DNA of 62,594 nucleotides, filler included. It is 11 parts of 11 records of this genome, joined end to end, with 100 filler letters (N's around TTAATTAATTAA, not from the genome) between each part and the next. Parts side by side here need not be neighbours in the genome. Positions count along the whole stretch, not along the records: positions 34,604 to 40,079 come from SRR31156797_79567; positions 40,180 to 45,442 come from SRR31156797_79583; positions 45,543 to 52,205 come from SRR31156797_79601; 8 more parts are not named here. One strand, written 5' to 3'. Under the pieces are notes generated by a model. It saw only the letters and a program-made list of their open reading frames with translations. It had not been told where the DNA came from and searched no databases. The stretch's first letter is position 1. The number at the start of each line of letters is the position of its first letter. Position numbers and translations under genes: made by a program. Below are positions 39,859 to 48,245 of this stretch, piece by piece.

Positions 39859-40079
39859 TTACGGCTCTAATCCATCAATGATGATGCCAATTGTTTCGGC
39901 CAAAAGCGTGCGCGGAAATTCAGCTTGCGGCGCGGAATTCCAGACCAGCCATTTAAGCCCGATATTGTGCACCATGCCCATTATGGACCGGACCATGAAA
40001 GGGACGGGCAGATCGCCGCGGATCTCGTCTTTTTCCACGCCGTCTTCCAAACCGGGCTCGTAACCTTCAGCCAGTTTTT
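39859..40079 (-). CDS. TetR/AcrR-family regulator, C-terminal fragment
   Basis: KLAEGY..GLEDGVEKDEIRGDL...IMGMVHNIGLKW...IIDGL, the typical TetR C-terminal pattern. Confidence 0.65.
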
Positions 40080-40491
40080 NNNNNNNNNNNNNNNNNNNNN
40101 NNNNNNNNNNNNNNNNNNNNNNNTTAATTAATTAANNNNNNNNNNNNNNNNNNNNNNNNNNNNNNNNNNNNNNNNNNNNAATCCTGATTCGGCAAACCCT
40201 GGACCACGCCGCAGCTCGCTTGATGCCACTCACTCATGGCACTTCAGGATGTATGATCGTTTATGACAACCTTTCCTGATTACAACTTCTCTACTGTAAC
40301 TATAGATCGTGAATTTACGGGTGCAAAATAAAAACCATAAATCTGCAACAGGTGATACGTTCGTCTCCTGCGGACATCGTGCATTATGCCAACTAACACA
40401 GCGTCAGATGAACAATGATGAAAAAACAAAGCTGGTTATGTCAACACGAGGCAGAAAAAGGTAAGCAGATACCTGATTGTTTTTATGAACA

Positions 40492-42021
40492 CTATCGCCC
40501 GAAGTCCACCTGAAATTCTGCAGCATCCTGCAGGGTAACGGAATCATCGCCATCGAAGTCGAAATTCTGACAGGCGCATGAAACACTGCTGCCATCCGGA
40601 CCGGTCAGGCATTCGGCAAACTGGCTGTAATCAAAAAGGTCGATGTCGCCGTCCCCGTCGGCATCTCCAGGCAGCCGCGGGCACGGTGGGTCAGGCCAGA
40701 AGGTCATCGAATCGACAAATGCATCGTAGATCGGCTGGTTCCAGTCGTCAGGATGCGTTGTCTGGAATGTCCACAGGTTGGTCAGATCCCAGATGTACAC
40801 CTCGTCCGGCTGGCTTGCAACGTCTTCGCATTCTTCCAATTGACTTGTCAGATGAGAACCGAGGCCTACCTGTATGCCGATCGAGTAACAGGCATGGAGA
40901 AACTCACGCGTTTCCATAGACGATAACGCACTGACGTTGAACTGACTGAGAGTCTCTTCTGTTTGATTCACAAACCAGGTTTCGAACTCTTCGACAAAAG
41001 AGGTCCAATCCTGTCCTGGTGCCGGATCGGTGCACAGTTCGTCACACCCTTTACGGCACCAGATCGTGTTCTTGTAGAAATGAAAGAGAACATCCGCATG
41101 CCAGGTGAAACCGGGCCAGTTGGTTACAGGTTGCTTTAGCCATTCCCGACCCGCATGCGCGGCGGACCATTCCAGGCAGGTTGCAGCGTCCGGTGTGTCA
41201 GTCAGGAGTCCGCATGGATTGTCGAACAGCAGGGTCAGTACATCGTCGACTCCATCGGTGCATTCGGCATGGAGATGCACGTCGAGGGCGTCGCAATAAT
41301 CATTGGAGAATGCGATCAGGCGATTTAACGCTGGTGTTGCTTCGTTTTCAGTGTTCAGACATGTGTTTTCGCAGGAAGGATAATCACAGAATTCGCGAGG
41401 AGCACAAATCCACTGGCCGCGGGCGGCCTGCCGAACCAGGCCGGGGGTTGTTGCCGGCGCAATCAGGGGTGTGTTGCAACCGCTTTGGTTGATTCCACTT
41501 CGCAGGGCTCCTGCCTGCAGCTCGAGCCAGGCGTATGCATCCTCAAGGTCCGTATCATCCCAGAAATCCGGTGTCTTCCCATTGATGAAAAGCGTTCCGG
41601 GACCACCGTAGATTTCATTGCCGATCTGAAACCCTTCCACCTCAGATGCATACAAAGCGGCAAACTGCATAAGACTTTCCAGTGCCTGCTCTGGCTCGGC
41701 TGGGATACAGTCCAGATCGGAGCCTTCACTGCATTCCATTCGAATGGAAATGATGGCTCGGACACACTGTTGATCCCAGGCATCGTGTAACGCTTCGAAT
41801 GCCAATTGTGCCTGAGGCTCGTTCAGTACCCGTTCAATATCCTTCAAGTCCATAATGACACGGAAGACAGACACACCCGGCAGTGTGAGATGTGGTGCAG
41901 TCGGGCTGATTTCAGGACCGTGGATTCCGATCTTCATTGCACGGGTTGGATCTCCTGTCGTGACAGTTGAGATCATCAGCAATACAGAAACAAATGAGAT
42001 GGACCAATATGATTTCTTCAT
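40492..42021 (-). CDS. Secreted putative clan GH-A-like TIM-barrel protein with C-terminal dockerin-like repeat
   Basis: Signal peptide; FQIGNE, DALDVHLH and TCLEWS; C-terminal PGDADGDGDIDLFDYSQFAECLTGP...FDFDGDDSVTLQDAAEFQ. Confidence 0.6.
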   Translation of the reverse strand: MKKSYWSISFVSVLLMISTVTTGDPTRAMKIGIHGPEISPTAPHLTLPGVSVFRVIMDLKDIERVLNEPQAQLAFEALHDAWDQQCVRAIISIRMECSEGSDLDCIPAEPEQALESLMQFAALYASEVEGFQIGNEIYGGPGTLFINGKTPDFWDDTDLEDAYAWLELQAGALRSGINQSGCNTPLIAPATTPGLVRQAARGQWICAPREFCDYPSCENTCLNTENEATPALNRLIAFSNDYCDALDVHLHAECTDGVDDVLTLLFDNPCGLLTDTPDAATCLEWSAAHAGREWLKQPVTNWPGFTWHADVLFHFYKNTIWCRKGCDELCTDPAPGQDWTSFVEEFETWFVNQTEETLSQFNVSALSSMETREFLHACYSIGIQVGLGSHLTSQLEECEDVASQPDEVYIWDLTNLWTFQTTHPDDWNQPIYDAFVDSMTFWPDPPCPRLPGDADGDGDIDLFDYSQFAECLTGPDGSSVSCACQNFDFDGDDSVTLQDAAEFQVDFGR

Positions 42022-42327
42022 GACTCTTTCCTCTCGTTGGCTGTGTTTTCAATCCGGCAATTTTCAACCGGACTCTCCAGACGAAACGATGCGTTCAGCG
42101 GTCTATTGCAGAAGTGAAAACCACCGCATGAACAGAGGCATTATCGGCCAACCACAGTATGGCAGGATAAAAGACAGAATGCCACAGAAAACAGGTTTTA
42201 TACGAAGGAGATGTGAATTGCGTTACGAAGAAAAAACCATCTGTCGAATGAGACAATGATACAGCGCAAGAAGCAGGCATTGGTGCAATTCTGAATTGGG
42301 ATTACAAATGCAATGGATCGGGTAGTT

Positions 42328-42993
42328 TCAATCCGTTTCGGTTACCCAGATGCGGCGGGCGGCAGCTACGCCGAGGGATGTGGTGGTGCGGCCTATGCGG
42401 ATTTCAATGGGGCCTTCGTACGGGGCTTTGTTTTCGATTTTGATTCGTGAGCCCATCTTGATGTTGAGACTGGTGAGATAGCGAAGAAACTCCGGATCGC
42501 CGTCGGTGACTTCGACCACATTCCCCTTCTGGCCTGCTTCCAGTGTATCCAGGCTTACGCCGCAATGATCCGGAATGACTCCATCGGGTTGAGGGATCGG
42601 CTGACCGTGTGGATCGAACTCGGGATGGCCGAGATGTTCGGCGATGCGTTCGATCAGTTTATCACTGACGGCATGTTCGAGGACTTCGGCATCCTCGTGC
42701 AACTCATCCCAGGATAGTCCGAGTGTTTCAGCAAGGAACAGCTCGATCAGGCGATGGCGTCTGAGCAGGTTGGTCGCGACGGATCGGCCCTTCGCCGTCA
42801 ACTGCGAGCCCTTGTAGGGTTCGTACCGGATATACTTCTGCTCCGCCAGGGATTTGAGCATCCCGGTCACGGAGGCTTTGCTCACACTGAGTTCCTGGCT
42901 GATCAGCTGTGTACTGGCACGCTGGTACCGTTCCTGCAGGACGTAGATCGCCTTGAGGTAATCTTCGACAGATTTGCTCAGCGCGCGTGCCAC
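42328..42993 (-). CDS. DtxR/MntR-family metal-dependent repressor with FeoA/SH3 domain
   Basis: SVEDYLKAIY, SVTGML, RRHRLIELFL, AEVLEHAVS and DPHGQPIP. Confidence 0.92.
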   Translation of the reverse strand: MARALSKSVEDYLKAIYVLQERYQRASTQLISQELSVSKASVTGMLKSLAEQKYIRYEPYKGSQLTAKGRSVATNLLRRHRLIELFLAETLGLSWDELHEDAEVLEHAVSDKLIERIAEHLGHPEFDPHGQPIPQPDGVIPDHCGVSLDTLEAGQKGNVVEVTDGDPEFLRYLTSLNIKMGSRIKIENKAPYEGPIEIRIGRTTTSLGVAAARRIWVTETD

Positions 42994-43066
42994 TGGAGTT
43001 CCCCCCGGTTACAGGAATCGACTCAGTCAACCGAAGCGATCAGGTGCAGTTACAGTGGATTCGGCT

Positions 43067-43333
43067 TCAGCTTGCAGGCGAAGCGGCTTCCGGTTCGGGT
43101 GCCTGGGCGGCCATCTCACGTTCTGCGATCATGTCTTCGAGCTGTTCTTTTTCACGAACGAGTTCTTCAAGCGTCATGCCGCCATGATCGGCCGAACCGG
43201 CCGGCATGTTGATTCCCTGTTTACGAAGGAACTCATCGACCTTCGGCTGGTTCTTCTTGTAGAGGTAATACCCGACAGCGGCACCGCCGAGACCTACAAT
43301 GAAACCCGTAATGTGATCAGAATTAAATGCCAT
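43067..43333 (-). CDS. Small GxxxG membrane protein (FezA-like)
   Basis: N-terminal TM GFIVGLGGAAVGYYLY followed by a charged coiled-coil (LEELVREKEQLEDMIAE); GAGGAG RBS. Confidence 0.7.
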   Translation of the reverse strand: MAFNSDHITGFIVGLGGAAVGYYLYKKNQPKVDEFLRKQGINMPAGSADHGGMTLEELVREKEQLEDMIAEREMAAQAPEPEAASPAS

Positions 43334-43354
43334 GTTTCACTCCTCTATCAATAA

Positions 43355-44197
43355 TCAACGAAAATGCATTGGAATACCATGTTTGCCACGACCATATCCT
43401 TCGAGCACTTCGTCGTGGACCCGGGATACTTCCCGTAATTCATCCAGCAGATCGCCCGGTCCTTTGCCTGGACTCAGTGCGTACTTCACGAGCCCCCCGA
43501 CCGAGTTGAATAACTGCACCGCCTCCGGCGTGTCCGTATCTTCGCGGACGACCATTTCGTAGCGGGGTTCCTGATCCGATTCATCTTCCACCAGGACCGG
43601 TTCGATCTGTGCGCCCTGGCTGGTCGGCTCGATCAGGTGCCTGGCGAAGGTGGAAATCCAGGTGATGATCGAAGCGTTCAGGAAGTTGCCTTTCATGAAC
43701 GACGTGAGCAGGTAGCCCAGGATCAGCACTTCCGGATCAATGTTGCCGCGAATGCGTGCTTCCCGCCAGCCGTGTTCGAAGACGGCGGCGGCTGTCCCTG
43801 CACCGGCAGTCCATTCCAGGGTTTTGCCGAGCCCGGAGCCTTTGCCGAACAGTTTGCCCAGTAATCCCAGACCAATCAACACTCCGGAGTATGTTGCGGA
43901 TTCTCCCATGACCGGTATTTCCGGCTGCGTCAGTAACCGGACGGGAACCAGGCCATGATCCAGCGAGAGAATAAACGCCACACGTAAGACAATTTCTTCT
44001 TTCGATACGTGACCGCCTCCGAACCGGACCAGGACGGATCGACTCGTCGGCGTGTAGATGACCGATGTGACTCCTTCATGGTTCAGCAGGTCCGACCGAA
44101 GCCGCTCGGGCTCTTTCAGGGCATGCGAGACGCGTACCCGCACTCTTCCCGGTAGCGAATGAACAATGGTCACGGATGGTTTCACTGTTTCATTCAT
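43355..44197 (-). CDS. HMA2-domain membrane protein (FezC-like)
   Basis: IVHSLPGRVRVRV HMA2 motif plus hydrophobic segments; start overlaps the ATPase stop (ATGA). Confidence 0.75.
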   Translation of the reverse strand: MNETVKPSVTIVHSLPGRVRVRVSHALKEPERLRSDLLNHEGVTSVIYTPTSRSVLVRFGGGHVSKEEIVLRVAFILSLDHGLVPVRLLTQPEIPVMGESATYSGVLIGLGLLGKLFGKGSGLGKTLEWTAGAGTAAAVFEHGWREARIRGNIDPEVLILGYLLTSFMKGNFLNASIITWISTFARHLIEPTSQGAQIEPVLVEDESDQEPRYEMVVREDTDTPEAVQLFNSVGGLVKYALSPGKGPGDLLDELREVSRVHDEVLEGYGRGKHGIPMHFR

Positions 44198-45442
44198 TTT
44201 CCCTGCTCCACATCATGGAATAACAGTCGGGACGAGTTGCCCACAACGGCGATCGTACACGCGTTGTGCAGCACCGCTCCCCAGAATACCGGAAGCACAC
44301 CTACCGACGACAGAACCAGCCCCAGCGTATTGACTCCAATCGCCGTGAAGAAGTTCTGCCGGATGATTTTCATTGTTTTCTGCGACAGCCGGACCACGGC
44401 CGGGATCATCAGCGGATCGTCACCGGCGATGGTGATGTCGGCAGCTTCCATCGCGAGGTGGGTTCGTGTCCCGCCCATGGCGATGCCTACCGTTGAATAC
44501 GCCAGTGCGGGGGCATCGTTGATGCCATCGCCCACCATAGCCACGTGAACACCCTTGGATTGCAGACGCAGCACCATTTCCGCTTTTTGTTCTGGCAGCG
44601 CTTCGGCGCGATAGCGATCCATCGACATCCGGTACGCGACGATCTCGGCATGCTGCTCGACATCTCCGGTGAGCATGATGATGTCATCGATGCCGGCGTG
44701 GCGCAGGCGGTTGAGGGATTTTTTCATGTTTTCGCGGAGCGAATCCTGAACACCGAGAACGCCCAGGAGGTTTTCATCCCGTGAGACGTATACGATGTTT
44801 TCACCCTGGCGGGCGAGGCGGGATGTCGCATCGTGGGCGGAGTCCAGGACTACGCCGCTTTCTTCCATGAACCGCAGGTTTCCAACGCGGATCGTCGTTC
44901 CTTCGACGACGGTCTGCACACCGCGAGCCACACAGACTTCCGTCTGGCTATGCTGCGGGATCGCAAGCCCTTTCTTCCGGGCTTTGTCCATGATCGCCAC
45001 GGCCATCGGGTGCGAGCTGTTTTCTTCAGCCGCTGCGGCGCAGGACAGCAATTGTTCTTTCGTAATTCCAGGCAGTGTCGGGATTGTCGTGCTGACCGTC
45101 GCCTTGCCTTCGGTCAGCGTGCCTGTTTTATCGAAGATCAGGGTGTCGGTCTGCGAAAGCAATTCGAGATAGTTCCCACCCTTGATGAGAATCCGGTTTC
45201 TCGCCGCGGTGCAGATCGATGCCGCTAATGCCGTTGCCGTGGAGAGCCGCACGCCGCACGAGTAATCGATGATCAGCATGTTCAGAGCACGACTCGGCTT
45301 GCCTGTCACAAAGAACACAACCGCTGACAGCAGGAAGTTCATCGGGATGAACTGTGCGGAGATTCGGTCTGCAATGGTCTGGATCGGTGCGCGATGATGG
45401 GTCGCCTCTTCCACCATGTGGATGATGCGGGCGACTGCCGTG
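44194..45442 (-). CDS. Heavy-metal P1B-type ATPase, P1B-6 (FezB-like), 5' truncated
   Basis: TM motif IDYSCG, DKTGTLT, SSHP, LTGD, GDGINDAPAL and HNACT. Confidence 0.92.
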
Positions 45443-45542
45443 NNNNNNNNNNNNNNNNNNNNNNNNNNNNNNNNNNNNNNNNNNNNTTAATTAATTAANN
45501 NNNNNNNNNNNNNNNNNNNNNNNNNNNNNNNNNNNNNNNNNN

Positions 45543-46308
45543 CCCCACATTCCAGTTTTTTTAAATACTTTTCTACGACAGACGTTATGAATCCTTCCTC
45601 CCGGATCTGTTTGAGAGCCGCTCTTGCCTTTTCTACCAACACATCCGCAGTCTGTTTGCTGAACGCCGAATAAAATCCTTCCCGATCTGTCCATAAAACA
45701 AAGGTCTTTTCCAACTGATCATAGGAAAAACCGGCTGATTTGACCTTAAGGGGAAGCGTCAGTTCCGTCCATACGATCAAGTCAATCCGTCCAAAAAACA
45801 GTTTCTTGAGATTCAGGATCTCTTTGGGGACAACTTCCATGTTCCGGCCTTCCACAAACCCTTGCCCCAGAAGGTATTGATGCATTGAATCGCCTTTTAT
45901 TACTCCGATCGTATACTGCCTGGCATCGTCTAAGGAATGAATTTCAATATCTTTTCTTTCTTTCAATTTATACAAATAGCTGTTTGAAGACGGAGTAATC
46001 GGTCCAACCCACTTATAATGGTTCTCCCGTTCAGGGATTCGTCTAAGGGTATAAATCAATACGTTCTTCTTTGTCTTCGCCATGTTTACTGCCCGCGCCC
46101 AAGGATAAACGACAAAATCCGCCTCAATTTCCGCCCTGTTCAGCATTGCTTCCACAATTTCTTTTGAGATGCCCGTAATCTTCCCGTTTTCGCTATAGTT
46201 ATAGGGGGGCCATTCATAGGTTACCGCCAAAATACCCGCAGCATTGGCGCAGCTTGTCCACAAGAAAAACATGAGAAGCAACAATGCTGCCTGTTTATTC
46301 ATGATCAT
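45543..46308 (-). CDS. Amino-acid-type (family 3) extracellular substrate-binding protein; stop codon lost at contig end
   Basis: Signal peptide; WPPYNY, YPWARA, PERE..YKWVGP and GRIDL. Confidence 0.85.
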
Positions 46309-46533
46309 TCCTCCGTAACGTTCGTATTATTTCTATCGCGCTATGGGGCTTCAACCGTTCGAGATATTATGAATTAACAACACCTTATGGATAGAGCACA
46401 CATTTCCCACCACTAAAAAAACAATTCGAAAAACAGGGCCGTATTAAAGGCATAATACCTCGATAGCATTTCAAAATCAACCGATTCCCCCTTTACTGTT
46501 GTAACATCGGCCTCCGATTGCTTTTTGCTCTTT

Positions 46534-47883
46534 TCATGTATGACGGTCATGGTTTTTCCCGGGCACAAGCTCCCACACAGGGCTTGTCACCGCCTTATGA
46601 ACCTCGCTTGCGAAATTTTTCATTCCAATGAATCCGGCAAGGGGTGTTTTCCGGTCATGGTTGAAATCACAGAATCCGATCCCCATCTTGCCGGCGACGG
46701 CCCGTTCTTTTCCCCCGCCCACGAAAAGCTCGGCCTCCGTTTCAACGATATATTTGGCAAGGGCAAGGGGCTTGGCATCATCCAGGATAACCGTGCCCTT
46801 GGCACAGCTTTTCTTGAGGATTCCATAATCCGCAGAACGACCTGACTGAATCCCCACAAAAACAACATCCATGCCCAGGAACCCCAGTGCCTTGATCATG
46901 GAAACGGTCCTGGAGGTGTCCCCCACGCAGATACCGGCCTTTTTCCCCTTGAGATCTTTTTTCATATCCATGAGCGCGGGTAAGATCGCCCGGACTTCGT
47001 TACGCACCAGGCTCTCCGTGCGCTTCATGATCGAATGGTTGTGAGAAAAAAATCCGGCAACATTATAAAGGGCATCGGACATGTCATCCAGGCCAAAACA
47101 GGAGACCCGGATGTAGGGAATGCCGTACGCCTGCTCCATCTTTTGGGCAAGGTAAAGCATGGCGCCGGAGCATAGAACCACATTGAGGGAGGCCTTGTGG
47201 GCGGCCTGGATCTCCGCCACCCCGCCCTCCCCGGTCATCACCGATACCACCTGGATCCCGATTTTCCTGTAATACTCCCTGATGATCCACGCCTCACCGC
47301 CCATGTTGAACTCCCCCAGAATGTTGATGCTCTCCCTTTCCACCTCTTTGCCGCGGTTTTGCCCGATCAATTGGAACAATGCCTTGCAGCCGGCCATTCC
47401 GGCGTCCTTCCCCCCTCCGGAATAGACGGGAAGAACGGGGATATTTACTTTGGCCGCCACCTTCCGGCACACGACATCCACATCGTCGCCAATGATACCG
47501 ACGATGCAGGTGGGGTAAACAAAGGCCGCACCGGGAGAGTAAAGATCGATCAGTTCCACCAGGGCGTTGTATAACTTTTCCTCTCCCCCATTAATGATGT
47601 CCGTCCCGGTCAGGTCTGTAGAAAACCCCATCCGATGGAGTTCAGGTCCCGGGGAGAGGCCCCCCCGGATCTCCCTGGTGCAGGCGGTACAGCCCATGGG
47701 CCCGTGGACAAGGTGGAGGGCGTCGGCAATGGGATACAGGACTGCCTGGGCTCCGCAAACCACACAGGCACGACGCCCCATGGTGCCGGCATCACGCCCC
47801 TGGCCGCAGTCCTTCTCATTTGCGTCTGTTCCTTTGCGCCGTCCCTGTTTCTTTCCCCCTTTATATTTGGGTCTCCTATCCAT
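46534..47883 (-). CDS. nifE: NifE-like nitrogenase cofactor scaffold subunit (divergent, no adjacent nifN)
   Basis: RACVVCG..AVLYPIADALHLVHGP.GC, FSTDL, TCIVGIIGDD, NILGEFN.GGE, VLCSG and DFNHDRK...AGF.GM.NFA.EV; ATG at 47883 with GGGGGA RBS. Confidence 0.85.
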   Translation of the reverse strand: MDRRPKYKGGKKQGRRKGTDANEKDCGQGRDAGTMGRRACVVCGAQAVLYPIADALHLVHGPMGCTACTREIRGGLSPGPELHRMGFSTDLTGTDIINGGEEKLYNALVELIDLYSPGAAFVYPTCIVGIIGDDVDVVCRKVAAKVNIPVLPVYSGGGKDAGMAGCKALFQLIGQNRGKEVERESINILGEFNMGGEAWIIREYYRKIGIQVVSVMTGEGGVAEIQAAHKASLNVVLCSGAMLYLAQKMEQAYGIPYIRVSCFGLDDMSDALYNVAGFFSHNHSIMKRTESLVRNEVRAILPALMDMKKDLKGKKAGICVGDTSRTVSMIKALGFLGMDVVFVGIQSGRSADYGILKKSCAKGTVILDDAKPLALAKYIVETEAELFVGGGKERAVAGKMGIGFCDFNHDRKTPLAGFIGMKNFASEVHKAVTSPVWELVPGKNHDRHT

Positions 47884-48245
47884 CGTTCCCCCCGAGATTA
47901 TGGATTTGCCGATTCCGCCTTTTGGGTCATCCGCTTTTTTACAACTGCGGAATACTATCGCAAAGAACGTTCCAGGGAGATCCCCAAAAGAGTGAAAGAT
48001 CATACCTGCCTGATATTAAAGATTATCTTCCCAGACCATCTCGCAAAAAGGGAGTTAAATGGAAGGGGAGTTAATGGCAAAACTTACAATTATAGATTTT
48101 CATCGTCGAAATAATACATTTTTGTCATGCAACACAATATTAACAACACATATGTATCGCATCCCCAAAGACAGTCCAACCAGACAGAGAACCTGGAAAA
48201 AAAGAAAAAGTATCATGGGGGGAAGAGAATCCCCCCATTTTCGGG

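Noticed and set aside
46534-47883. Evidence that the organism fixes nitrogen
   Set aside because: A single divergent nifE without nifHDK, nifN or nifB in view is insufficient.
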